A DNA stretch of 64,000 nt from Nitrososphaerota archaeon (GTDB lineage: Archaea; Thermoproteota; Nitrososphaeria_A; Caldarchaeales; Calditenuaceae), in assembly GCA_033581555.1 (NCBI GenBank), contig JAVQSZ010000001.1, forward strand, positions 32,001 to 96,000, in the 5' to 3' direction. Position numbers and translations under genes: made by a program. Below the pieces are notes generated by a model. The model saw only the letters and a program-made list of their open reading frames with translations, was not told the origin of the DNA and made no database searches. Below are positions 31,401-40,058 of the stretch, one piece after another (the first letter of the stretch is position 1; each line of letters starts with the position of its first letter).

Positions 31401-31621
31401 TGCATCGCCTTAAACCTCAGGACCACGTCCTTGCAGACCCTACCCCTCGCGTGCCCGACGTGCATGTACCCGTTGACCGTCGGCGGCCCCTCTAGGAACG
31501 AGAAGACGGGCCCTCCCTTGTTCAGCTCGAGGAACTTCCTGACCACGTCGTGCTCCCTCCAGAACCTCGCGACTTCTTCCTCGACCTTGGCCGGCTCGTA
31601 GATCGGCGGGAGGGCGTACAT
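28427..31621 (-). CDS. ileS: Isoleucyl-tRNA synthetase
   Basis: EGPP..NG..HVGH, GWDC.GLP.E, WTTTPWTL, DWCISR, DQTRGWF, KMSKS. Confidence 0.97.
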   Translation of the reverse strand: MYALPPIYEPAKVEEEVARFWREHDVVRKFLELNKGGPVFSFLEGPPTVNGYMHVGHARGRVCKDVVLRFKAMQGFYVWKRAGWDCQGLPTEIEVEKALGIRSKKDIEAIGMERFVEEANRLVDHYIGHWRADSERLGLWLDYDTAYETRNERYMEHIWYLLKKAHEEGDLVVSYKVVPFCPRCETPLSSHEVSQGYEEVEDFSLYVLFPIESKPGTYAVIWTTTPWTLLANEAIAVNGDEVYVEVSTDRGKLIVAEKLLERVRSDARLRTAEVVRRFPGSELEGLKYVHPFAEEVRVHGQHKHPAHSILTAEFVSMEEGTGLVHIAPGHGPEDFELGKRHGLPVFCPIATNGAFTDEVGPFSGRDHRESADDIIQLLSRKGLLLHRGTVVHNYPHCWRCGTPLVYLASRQWFLRVDRIKRLMLEENSRVRWVPAWAGSARFREWLENAEDWCISRTKVWGTPLNVWTCESCGSRRVVGSKAEIERDATEVPRPLRLHRPWIDAVVFRCERCGGMMRREPFVLDTWLDSGVAHFASVDYLSNPSLFNRLFPYDFITEAIDQTRGWFYTLLFTSALIFGRSPFKSVLTQSHVLDKEGKKMSKSRGNVIWARESFERFGVDNLRLYLLVKSQVWETMNFDPDEVRQVQANLNVLWNVVSFAKTYFDLDRYDPEREGYDAYERFAEPEDKWIVSRVNSLIRSVTSSIERYELTDAARALLRFATDELSRRYIRAVRRRFWEETRSPKKIASYAATYYVLVRYLTMLSAFAPYIAEYLYQRLRTKSMPESVSLTKWPRVEPEKIDQELEDAMEVVDDVITASLSARQKAGYKLRWPVSRVVVSPNSPRARDSILRLSDYITRMTNAMRVEVLEVGELPKEAWRELEPVFSELGPAAGRRFNDVLAALKSSKPVEVIEALNSNGECVLNLPDGSVFVLRPEHVQVVERMPDWLKSSSGRFATVYVDARTDEVLRSIAFSNEVIRRVQVMRKELSLELTEVVDCSVYVSDPLRVEGLKSFVEHIEEETRTRLELAGSPPSEEEFVKVSEWVVEGAKLVIGLVRRRGVGAG

Positions 31622-31688
31622 GCTCTGCCAATCGGGTTGAGCTTGGGTTCTTTTATTTTTCCCTGACCTCGAGAAGTAACGGAGTACC

Positions 31689-33473
31689 CTAAGATAGGTG
31701 TCTGAGGAGGAAGTCCACCACGGCCTTGTACTGCCTCACGAAGTTCTCGAGCCGCTGGGGTCCGTGCCCCTCGCCCTCCACGACGTGGAACTCGTGCGGC
31801 CTCCCGAGCTCCTTCAACCTCTCCACGAACCTAACCACCGGCCGAAGCGGGCACCTGCTGTCGTTGGCCCTGTGCCAGACCAGTATGGGAGCCCTGATCC
31901 GGTGGACGAAGTTGATCGGCGACCTGTCCCTGAAGAGCTCGGGCCTAGCCTCGGGCTTCCCGAGGAGCTGCTCGATGAAGTTCCTGAAGGCCGCGTCGGA
32001 GAGCCTGTACATCTCCTCCCAGTCGGTGACTCCCACGATCGCCGCGCCGGCCCTCCAGACCTCCGGGTGCTTGACCATTGCGAGGAAGGCCATGAAGCCG
32101 CCATAGCTCGCGCCGACGATCGCGACCCTGTCGTCGTCGAGGAGGCCCTCCCTGCGGAGGAACTCGACGCCGCGGAGAACGTCCATCAGGTCTCTGCCGC
32201 CAGGGTCGCCGACGTTCATCCGCTCGAACTCCGCACCGTACCCTGTGCTGCCCCTGAAGTTAGGGCAGAGGACGTGGAAGCCCGCGACCGAGATCGCCTG
32301 GATCGCAGCGTTCCACTCGTCCGCGACCTCCGACCAGGGACCACCGTGCACCCAGACGACGCAGGCCCTCCTGTCCCTGAGGCCGCTATGGAGCACGAGG
32401 AAGGCGGGCACCTCGAGGCCGTCGAAGGACCTGTAGGTCACGAACTCCGCCCTACTAAGCTCCAACCCTTCGGGCGCCTTGACGGAGTAGACCTCGGAGA
32501 CGGAGCGCGACTTCACGTCGAGCCTGAAGAGGGCTGGAGGCCTCGAGAGCGAGGACCAGGTAAAAGCCCCGACCGAGCCCGAGCCGTCGAACGAGACGCC
32601 GCTCAAAGTGCCTTCCGTTGCGGGAAGCTCTTCGACCGAGCCGTCGCGCCTCCTCACGCAGAGCCTCGTCCTGCCCCTCCTCTTCGCAGCGAACCAGACG
32701 TCGCCACCTTCGCCGAGCCATCCGAAGTCGGTGAAGTCGACGCCGTAACCTGAGAGCCCGAGGAGCTGTGTGGACTCCGACTCGAGGTCATGGACTGCGA
32801 TGTCGTACTCGCCGGCTGAGTTGGTCTTGAAGAGGACCTTCGGATCGCTGGGATGCCACCGGGGCTCGACGTTCTCGCTGCCGGGCTTAGGCGTGAAGAC
32901 CTCGGCACTGCCATCGTCGACGTGGACGAACACGAGCTCCGAGGACCTCGGCACCTCCGTGGTGACCGCGGAGGCCGCGATGACGTCTCCCCTCTCGTGC
33001 CAAGCTGGGGAGAAGACCCAGCCCCTCGACTCGAAGAGGACCTCGGAACTGCGCGACCGTAAGTCGTGGACAATCAGGACGTTGGACCTGCTGGTGCTCC
33101 CGGTCACCGCCAGCTCGTCCATCTTCGGCGACCACGCGAGGCCCGAGACCCTCAGCTCCTCGAACTCGGAGACTTGAACCACCTCGGGTTCCCCTTCGAG
33201 CGAGGTCAAGAAGAGCTGGTGCCGCTCGGCGCCGCCGAAGTCCCTCGCGAAGGCCACCGACCTCGAGTCCGGGGCGATCGCTGCGTGGGTGACCCTCTGG
33301 TCGCCGTGCGTCACCTGCCTCGCGCCGCCGTCCCTCACCCCGAAGGCCCAGAGCTGATGAGAACCGCTGAGGTTCGAGAGGGCCAGGGCGCGTTCATCGT
33401 CCCGCGAGAGGTCGAGGAGGACGAGGTCCGGCGTCCTCAGCACACTCTCGATCCGCTCGAGAGCCGATCCCAC
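31689..33473 (-). CDS. S9 family peptidase (acylaminoacyl peptidase-like)
   Basis: Beta-propeller repeats, HGGP, GASYGG nucleophile, NDSRCP, EGHG. Confidence 0.92.
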   Translation of the reverse strand: MGSALERIESVLRTPDLVLLDLSRDDERALALSNLSGSHQLWAFGVRDGGARQVTHGDQRVTHAAIAPDSRSVAFARDFGGAERHQLFLTSLEGEPEVVQVSEFEELRVSGLAWSPKMDELAVTGSTSRSNVLIVHDLRSRSSEVLFESRGWVFSPAWHERGDVIAASAVTTEVPRSSELVFVHVDDGSAEVFTPKPGSENVEPRWHPSDPKVLFKTNSAGEYDIAVHDLESESTQLLGLSGYGVDFTDFGWLGEGGDVWFAAKRRGRTRLCVRRRDGSVEELPATEGTLSGVSFDGSGSVGAFTWSSLSRPPALFRLDVKSRSVSEVYSVKAPEGLELSRAEFVTYRSFDGLEVPAFLVLHSGLRDRRACVVWVHGGPWSEVADEWNAAIQAISVAGFHVLCPNFRGSTGYGAEFERMNVGDPGGRDLMDVLRGVEFLRREGLLDDDRVAIVGASYGGFMAFLAMVKHPEVWRAGAAIVGVTDWEEMYRLSDAAFRNFIEQLLGKPEARPELFRDRSPINFVHRIRAPILVWHRANDSRCPLRPVVRFVERLKELGRPHEFHVVEGEGHGPQRLENFVRQYKAVVDFLLRHLS

Positions 33474-33587
33474 GCCGCCGATCCGACCGCCACCGCTTTA
33501 TCCCTTGCTAAGGGTTCGGCCCGCTGCTCGGCTTTCCGGGATTAAGGCTAATAGGACGGCTCGGAACTCGCCCGGTGAGACGGTGAA

Positions 33588-33672
33588 GCGGGGGTAGCCA
33601 AGCCTGGTCAAAGGCGCAGGGTTGAGGGCCCTGTCCCGTAGGGGTTCGTGGGTTCGAATCCCACCCCCCGCA
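33588..33672 (+). tRNA. tRNA-Leu(GAG)
   Basis: GCGGGGG acceptor stem, anticodon arm CAGGG-TTGAGGG-CCCTG, long variable arm, GTGGG-TTCGAAT-CCCAC. Confidence 0.95.
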
Positions 33673-33691
33673 CCGTGTCACGAGCCGCGCC

Positions 33692-34894
33692 CTATCTGAA
33701 GGCCTCGAAGGACTGGAGGACCGCGCCAGTGTGGACCGACTCGATCTGCAAGTAGCAGGTCTCGCTGTAGGTGACGAGCGGCTGCCGGATCCCCGCCGTC
33801 AGTCTGCGGCAGAGCTCGACCGAGTCGGCCCTGTTCCTCGCGAACATCCCCCAGACGCCTCCCATCCCGCAGCACTCGCCCCTCACCTCCCGCACCGACG
33901 CTCCCGTAACCCTCAGGGTCCTTGCTATCTTCTCGGTGAGCCCCAAGAACTGCGAGAGGCAGCTCGAGTGGAGGACAACCTCCTCGGCCCTGGGCGCGAG
34001 GGACCCGGGCCTCGACTCCGCGAGCTCGAGGAGCAACTCGTTGACGTCGACGACGTTCTCCGCCACAAGCTCCGCCTCTCGGGTCCCGAGGACCTTCGGG
34101 TAGACCGATCTGAGCATCATCGTCGACGCGGGTGAGCAGGTGAGCACCCTCTCACCATCCCTGACCCTTTCGGCCAGGCTTAGCGCGTTGACCGCCGCGA
34201 CCTCCTTGAGCTCTTCGAGGAAGCCGTGCTCGTACAGCAGGACGCCAGAGTCCCTCTGGGGAGGCAGCGAGACCGAGACCCCTTTGCGCGATAACAGCTC
34301 GACGACCCTGAGGGCCGAAGAGGGCCTCACGTACCGGTAGAAGGTGTCCGCGAAGAGTGCCAACCTCACGGCACCCCGATCGCGGGGGAGCCCGCGCAGA
34401 AGGTCGTCGAGGCTTCCGCCCTCCGGGAGGGGAAGGGGCGCGTCCCGCGACGTCCCGATCGCCCACTCGAGGAGGACCCTGCTCGGCCTCTTCGTGAGGG
34501 CTCTGAGCAGTGAGCGCGGCAGTCTCGAGAGGAGCGGCGCGTACCTGTGGTAACCGAGGACGAGGGCCTCCTCGCGGCGGACGCCGACCGCCCTGTGGTA
34601 CGCGTGCCTGTACCCCCTGACGACGTCAGGGATGGGAATGCCGGCTGGACAGACCTTCACGCACCTGTTGCACCCGAAGCAGAGGTCCATGAGCTCCGCG
34701 AGCTCCTCGTCGAAGACGTCGTCAAGGTGACCTTCGAGGGCCGACTGGACCAGCACGATCCTTCCACGTGAGGTCCTCGAGGGCCTGTAGGCGGACCTGA
34801 CAAGACTCGTCGGGCAGACCGAGTTGCAGAACCCGCACCTGACGCACCTCTCCGCGAGGAGGGCGTCGCCGCCCAGCAGCTCCCTGAGGCTCAA
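33692..34894 (-). CDS. Fe-S oxidoreductase with CCG domains (GlcF/GlpC/HdrD-like)
   Basis: CVRCGFCNSVCP, CFGCNRCVKVCP, HSSC, CCGMGG. Confidence 0.88.
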   Translation of the reverse strand: MSLRELLGGDALLAERCVRCGFCNSVCPTSLVRSAYRPSRTSRGRIVLVQSALEGHLDDVFDEELAELMDLCFGCNRCVKVCPAGIPIPDVVRGYRHAYHRAVGVRREEALVLGYHRYAPLLSRLPRSLLRALTKRPSRVLLEWAIGTSRDAPLPLPEGGSLDDLLRGLPRDRGAVRLALFADTFYRYVRPSSALRVVELLSRKGVSVSLPPQRDSGVLLYEHGFLEELKEVAAVNALSLAERVRDGERVLTCSPASTMMLRSVYPKVLGTREAELVAENVVDVNELLLELAESRPGSLAPRAEEVVLHSSCLSQFLGLTEKIARTLRVTGASVREVRGECCGMGGVWGMFARNRADSVELCRRLTAGIRQPLVTYSETCYLQIESVHTGAVLQSFEAFR

Positions 34895-34932
34895 GCGCGC
34901 TGAGACCTCGGTCCCTCGGGATATTCATTCCT

Positions 34933-34944
34933 CCCCCCCCCCCC
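34933..34944. repeat. C12 homopolymer in a divergent intergenic region
   Basis: 12 consecutive C between the Fe-S gene and the acylphosphatase gene. Confidence 0.9.
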
Positions 34945-34992
34945 GCGGGCGGCGTGAAGGCTTTATCGGATGCCCCTCGTGGTCACGAGCGG

Positions 34993-35637
34993 TTGAGGGC
35001 CTATCAGGTCCGCGTGACGGGCAGGGTGCAGAGGGTCGGGTACAGGAGGCACGTCCTCGAGGCGGCCCAGGAGCTGGGCCTCGCGGGCTTCGTCAGGAAC
35101 GAGGAGGACGGCTCGGTCTCGGTCTTCGTCCAGGGCGAGGAGAAGTCGGTCGAGGAGTTCCTCGAGAGGATCAGGTCTCCCCCGCCGCCGGCCTTAGTCA
35201 GGGACCTCTCGGTGAAGGAGAGGAGGCCGAGGAAGGGGCTGAAGTCCTTCAGAGTGATCTACGGTAGGCTCGCCGACGAGCTGCAGGAGGGCTTCGGCGC
35301 GATGCAGTCGGTCTTCATGAATTACTGGGGAGAGTTCCGGGACTTCAGGCAGGAGTTTCGTGACTTCAGACAGGAGTTTCAGGACTTCAGACAAGAGTTC
35401 CGGGAATTTAGACAGGAGTTTCGTGACTTCAGACAGGAGTTTCAGGACTTCAGACAAGAGTTCCGGGAATTTAGACAGGAGTTTCGTGACTTCAGGGACG
35501 CCTCTCTGAGGCTGAGCGAGCAGACGCTCGAGGAGGTGAGGGCGATGAGGCAGGACCTGAAGGCGATCCTGGACGAGCGGCTCGCCCGCATCGAGAAGGA
35601 CATAGCGGAGATCAAGGCCCGGCTGGGGCTTGCCTGA
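34993..35637 (+). CDS. Acylphosphatase domain fused to a heptad-repeat coiled coil
   Basis: GRVQRVGYR, G.VRN..DGSV; C-terminal (EFRDFRQ)n; TTG 34993 preferred (TATA-like GCTTTATC about 30 nt upstream), GTG 34954 possible. Confidence 0.85.
   Translation: MRAYQVRVTGRVQRVGYRRHVLEAAQELGLAGFVRNEEDGSVSVFVQGEEKSVEEFLERIRSPPPPALVRDLSVKERRPRKGLKSFRVIYGRLADELQEGFGAMQSVFMNYWGEFRDFRQEFRDFRQEFQDFRQEFREFRQEFRDFRQEFQDFRQEFREFRQEFRDFRDASLRLSEQTLEEVRAMRQDLKAILDERLARIEKDIAEIKARLGLA
35332..35499 (+). repeat. Eight in-frame 21-bp tandem repeats containing an exact 63-bp duplication
   Basis: Units of about GAGTTYCGNGACTTCAGACAR; 35353-35415 is identical to 35416-35478. Confidence 0.95.
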
Positions 35638-35766
35638 TCGAGATTCTTCCGAGGTAGTCTGTCAGGCGGGGTCGGGTTGTGGGTCGGCCCCGACAGCGGT
35701 TTCCAGTTCAGCGTCGAGGCGCGTCGACGGCGCTCAGTTAAATCCGGGGCCGGTACCCGGGAGCTG

Positions 35767-36222
35767 ATGGCTGAGGCCTTCAGGAGAACCTCGCTGCCCG
35801 AGCGGGTCCTCTGCGGCAGGTACGTCGCGTCGAGCTTCTGGGAAGCGGTCAACCATCTCGGGGAGGTCAGGATGGTACTCCACTCCCACGCGATCGAGCC
35901 CGCCAGCGGTCCAGTCCTGGTGCTGCTGGGCAGGGAGAACAACAGTTCGTCACTAAAGGGCTACGTGGGATACCTGCTCGACATGGAGCGCGCCGTGCCC
36001 CTCCTGAGGGTCAGGTTACCGGCTGGGGAGCATGCGGAGCTCCGGGTTAAGGGGAGGCTCGAGGACCAGCTGGCCTCCGTCGCAAGGAGTTGTCCATGGG
36101 ACTTCGTGAGAGTGGAGCTCGAGTTCCTCGCGAACCCACTGGACGTCCCCGAGGAGAGGCTCGAGTCAATCGCTAGGGTCCCGCTTGAGGAGGGTGTTCA
36201 GGGCCTCGGCAAGGCTCGGTGA
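35767..36222 (+). CDS. Hypothetical protein
   Basis: Fills the gap with plausible composition; 3' end overlaps the convergent HAD gene by 57 nt. Confidence 0.55.
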   Translation: MAEAFRRTSLPERVLCGRYVASSFWEAVNHLGEVRMVLHSHAIEPASGPVLVLLGRENNSSSLKGYVGYLLDMERAVPLLRVRLPAGEHAELRVKGRLEDQLASVARSCPWDFVRVELEFLANPLDVPEERLESIARVPLEEGVQGLGKAR

Positions 36223-36954
36223 GAACTCGACGCCCTTGCCGGCTAGACTGGGGTCCGGCCGACCGCCCACCAACACGCACTTCACTCCTGCCCTGACTGC
36301 CATCTCCGCGTCGGTCTCCGGGTTGTCGCCGATCACCACCACCTCCTCTCTCCCCAACCCCATCCTCCTCATCGCAAACTCGAGCATCTCGACGTTCGGC
36401 TTCCCCACCACGACGGGACTCCTGTTCGTCGCCGCCTCGATGAAGGCCACGATCGACCCGGCGCCGGGGATGCCACCGTCCTCGAGCGGGAGGTACCTGT
36501 CCCTGTTAGTCGCGACGAACTCGGCTCCTCTCAGGACCGCTCTGCAGGCCTCGGCGAGCTTGGAGTAGGTGACGTTCCTGTCGAGCCCTACCACGACGAC
36601 CTCCGACTCCGCAGCTCCAACCACCGAGTGTCCCGACCTGACCAGCTCCTCGATCAGCCCCGCTTCGCCGATCACATAGGCCCTGACCTCGCCGTGGTTC
36701 TCGAGCAGGTACTTCGCGGTCGCGTAGCTCGAGGTGATAATCTCTTCGAGCCTGCAGTCGAGGCCCAGGGACCGGAGCTTCCAAAGGACGTACCTGACGC
36801 TGTAGGTGGAGTTGTTCGTGAGGAAGGTCAGCCTCAGACCCGCGTCCCTGCAGGCGGCTATCGACTCCACCGCGCGCTCTACCAGCCTCGAGCCCAAGAT
36901 GACCGTCCCGTCCAGGTCCAAGACCAGACCCTTGACCGACATCCGGACCTTCAA
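36166..36954 (-). CDS. HAD-IIA hydrolase (NagD-like)
   Basis: DLDGT, LTNNS, ATNRD, GKP, IGDN.ETD. Confidence 0.92.
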   Translation of the reverse strand: MKVRMSVKGLVLDLDGTVILGSRLVERAVESIAACRDAGLRLTFLTNNSTYSVRYVLWKLRSLGLDCRLEEIITSSYATAKYLLENHGEVRAYVIGEAGLIEELVRSGHSVVGAAESEVVVVGLDRNVTYSKLAEACRAVLRGAEFVATNRDRYLPLEDGGIPGAGSIVAFIEAATNRSPVVVGKPNVEMLEFAMRRMGLGREEVVVIGDNPETDAEMAVRAGVKCVLVGGRPDPSLAGKGVEFSPSLAEALNTLLKRDPSD

Positions 36955-37072
36955 CGCGCCGGGCGCTGTCTTTACCTTTCGCTGTCCGCGAAAACGATGC
37001 GACTCCGTCTAAAAGGCGACGCTTCTGGCCACAATATATTTCAGATGGGGAGCAACTGTTATAACCCGAACC

Positions 37073-39733
37073 ATGCAAAAGCGGTACGTTTACCTCTTCG
37101 AGGAGGCGAAGGGCCTCACGAGGTTCGAGTTAGGGGGAAAGGGGTACGGTCTAGTTGAGATGAGCGCCGCCGGGCTGCCGGTCCCTCCTGGACTCGTTAT
37201 AACGACGGAGGCCTGCAAGGAATACTACAGGAACGGAGGCAGAACGCCCGAGGGGCTGATGGAGCAGGTCGCGGAGAAGCTCAAGCAGCTCGAGGCGAAG
37301 ACCGGGAAAAGGCTCGGTGACCCGGAGAGGCCGCTACTGGTCTCCGTCAGGTCCGGCGCGCCATACTCGATGCCGGGGATGATGGACACGATACTAAATG
37401 TCGGGATGAACGACGAGGTGGTGAAGGCGCTCGCGAGGGCGACAGGGAACGAGAGGTTCGCCTACGACGCGTACCGAAGGCTCCTCCAGATGTTCGGGAG
37501 GATAGTCCTGGGGATCCCGGGCGAGATGTTCGAGTCGGTGCTCAGGCGGCACAAGGAAAGGGAGGGAGTCAAGCACGACCACGAGCTCTCGGTCGGCGCG
37601 CTGAAGTCGATCGTCGAGGAGTTCAAGGCGATCATCGAGGAGCACTCTGGGAAGGAGTTCCCTCAGGACCCACGGGAGCAGATCAGGATGGCTATCGAGG
37701 CGGTTTTCAGGTCCTGGAACAACCCGAGGGCAGTAGAGTACCGTAGATACTACAGGATCAGCGACGAGCTGGGGACCGCGGTCAACATCCAGACGATGGT
37801 CTTCGGGAACATGGGCTTCGACTCAGGTACCGGCGTGGGGTTCACCAGGGACCCGTCGACGGGCGAGAAGAGGCTCTACGGCGAGTACCTGCCCAACGCG
37901 CAGGGCGAGGACGTGGTCGCCGGGATAAGGACGCCCTTACCGATCGAGAGCGTGGACCCGGAGCTGAGGAAAAAGCTGATGGAGGTCGCGGATCTCCTCG
38001 AGAGGCACTTCAGGGACATGCAGGACTTCGAGTTCACCGTCGAGTCGGGGAAGCTATACCTCCTCCAGACGAGGAACGGCAAGAGGACCGCCCAGGCCGC
38101 GGTCAAGATAGCGGTCGACATGGTCAGGGAGGGCCTGATAACGGTCGAGGAGGCGCTGGTGAGGGTCGAGCCCTCCGAGCTCGTCCACTTGCTCCACAGG
38201 AGGCTTGACCCGCGGGCCAAGGTCCAGCCGATCGCCAGGGGGCTCAACGCATCGCCCGGCGTCGCGACAGGCAAGGTCGTCTTCACCGTCGAGGAGGCGG
38301 TCAGGCTGTCCTCTCGAGGCGAGAGGGTGATACTCGTGAGGCCGGAGACCACACCCGACGACATCAAGGGGATCATCGCGGCCCAGGGGGTGCTGACCAG
38401 CAGGGGAGGGATGACGAGCCACGCCGCGGTCGTAACGAGGGGCATGGGAAAGCCCGCAGTGGTGGGCTGCGAGAGCATCAGGATCGACCTGGAGGCGGAG
38501 CAGTTCGTGACCGAGGGCGGGGTCGTGGTGAGGAAGGGCGACGTCATCACGATCGACGGGTCGACGGGGAACGTGATGCTGGGGGAGGTCCCGACCGTTG
38601 AGCCGGAGATGACCGAGGAGCTGAGGACGCTGCTCGGCTGGGCCGACGAGGTGAGGAGGCTCGGCGTAAGGGCCAACGCGGACACGCCCGAGGCCGCGAG
38701 AAGGGCGAGGGAGTTCGGGGCCGAGGGGATCGGCCTCTGCAGGACCGAGAGGATGTTCAACGCGCCCGAGAGGCTCCCGATCGTGAGGGAGATGATAATG
38801 GCGACGACCGAAGAGGAGAGGAAGAGGGCCCTCGAGAAGCTCTTCCCGCTCCAGTTGGCCGACTTCAAGGAGATCTTCAGGGTGATGAGGGGTCTGCCGG
38901 TGACGGTGAGGCTGCTCGACCTCCCGCTCCACGAGTTCCTCCCGCCCATGGAGTCCCTCCTCACCGAGATCTACGAGGCCAGGCTGAGGGGCGTCCCGGA
39001 GGAGCAGCTCGCGGAGAGGAAGTCGGTCCTCGCGAAGGTGGAGCAGCTCAGGGAGCACAACCCGATGATCGGGCAAAGGGGATGCAGGCTCGCGGTCACG
39101 TACCCGGAGATCTACAGGATGCAGGTCAGGGCGATACTCAGGGCCGCGATAGAGGTCTTGAGGGAGGAGGGCGAGACGGCGGAGGTCCAGATCATGGTGC
39201 CTCAGACGTCGATGGCCTCCGAGCTCGCTTACCTGAGGAGGCTCGTCGAGGAGACCGCCGAGGGGGTCTTCGCGGAGATGGGGACCAGGATACCGTTCAA
39301 GTTCGGGACGATGATCGAGACGCCGAGGGCGGCGCTCACGGCGGCGGAGGTCGCGAAGCACGCCGACTTCTTCTCCTTCGGGACCAACGACCTGACCCAG
39401 ACGACCTTCGCGTTCAGCAGGGACGACGCGGAGGCCAAGTTCCTCGCGCCGTACCTCGAGAAGGGACTGCTGAAGGAGAACCCGTTCGAGGTCTTGGACC
39501 AAGAGGGCGTGGGGAGGCTTGTCAGGATCGCGACCGAGGAGGGGAGGGCTTCAAACCCGAGGCTGGAGGTCGGGATCTGCGGCGAGCACGGCGGCGAGCC
39601 GAAGAGCATCGAGTTCTTTCACTCGGCGGGCCTGAACTACGTCAGCTGCTCTCCGTTCAGGATACCGATAGCGAGGCTCGCGGCCGCGAGGGCAGCGCTC
39701 AAGGGCAAGGTGGCCCAGGCGATAACTGTCTAG
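37073..39733 (+). CDS. ppdK: Pyruvate, phosphate dikinase
   Basis: LGGKG, PLLVSVRSGA..SMPGMMDT, GGMTSHAAVV, GIGLCRTE, FSFGTNDLTQ, GICGEHGG. Confidence 0.97.
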   Translation: MQKRYVYLFEEAKGLTRFELGGKGYGLVEMSAAGLPVPPGLVITTEACKEYYRNGGRTPEGLMEQVAEKLKQLEAKTGKRLGDPERPLLVSVRSGAPYSMPGMMDTILNVGMNDEVVKALARATGNERFAYDAYRRLLQMFGRIVLGIPGEMFESVLRRHKEREGVKHDHELSVGALKSIVEEFKAIIEEHSGKEFPQDPREQIRMAIEAVFRSWNNPRAVEYRRYYRISDELGTAVNIQTMVFGNMGFDSGTGVGFTRDPSTGEKRLYGEYLPNAQGEDVVAGIRTPLPIESVDPELRKKLMEVADLLERHFRDMQDFEFTVESGKLYLLQTRNGKRTAQAAVKIAVDMVREGLITVEEALVRVEPSELVHLLHRRLDPRAKVQPIARGLNASPGVATGKVVFTVEEAVRLSSRGERVILVRPETTPDDIKGIIAAQGVLTSRGGMTSHAAVVTRGMGKPAVVGCESIRIDLEAEQFVTEGGVVVRKGDVITIDGSTGNVMLGEVPTVEPEMTEELRTLLGWADEVRRLGVRANADTPEAARRAREFGAEGIGLCRTERMFNAPERLPIVREMIMATTEEERKRALEKLFPLQLADFKEIFRVMRGLPVTVRLLDLPLHEFLPPMESLLTEIYEARLRGVPEEQLAERKSVLAKVEQLREHNPMIGQRGCRLAVTYPEIYRMQVRAILRAAIEVLREEGETAEVQIMVPQTSMASELAYLRRLVEETAEGVFAEMGTRIPFKFGTMIETPRAALTAAEVAKHADFFSFGTNDLTQTTFAFSRDDAEAKFLAPYLEKGLLKENPFEVLDQEGVGRLVRIATEEGRASNPRLEVGICGEHGGEPKSIEFFHSAGLNYVSCSPFRIPIARLAAARAALKGKVAQAITV

Positions 39734-40050
39734 CCGCAGCCGGCCTCGATGCTCAGCAGTATCGCGTACCCTCTGTAGGAGAACCTCACCGGAAGGCCTC
39801 CGACGAGCCCGACCTCAGAGAGAGCGGAGCCGAGCGCGTCCAAGTCGACCTCGATCACGACCGGGTCCGGGAGGACCGAGGGCACCTCGCCGCCGAACCT
39901 CTCGACCAGTGACCTCCTCGACTCGAACCTCTCGACCGCCAACCTCACCGCCTCGGCGAGCCCGAGCCTGGAGAGCGCCTCCTCCCCGAGCTCGGGAAGC
40001 GGGCCGTCGCTGAACGTGGCCGCGACCTTCACCCTGACTGTCCGCGACAA
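39730..40050 (-). CDS. Hypothetical protein
   Basis: 106-aa ORF co-oriented 9 nt downstream of the SRPBCC gene; typical codons. Confidence 0.55.
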   Translation of the reverse strand: MSRTVRVKVAATFSDGPLPELGEEALSRLGLAEAVRLAVERFESRRSLVERFGGEVPSVLPDPVVIEVDLDALGSALSEVGLVGGLPVRFSYRGYAILLSIEAGCG

Positions 40051-40058
40051 GGGCCCCG

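Noticed and set aside
35332-35499. Tandem repeats as a CRISPR array
   Set aside because: The units are contiguous 21-mers with no unique spacers, lie in frame within a CDS, and no cas genes are nearby.
37876-39502. Long antisense ORFs (362 and 482 aa) over ppdK
   Set aside because: Shadow frames produced by high GC3 bias, with no recognisable motifs.
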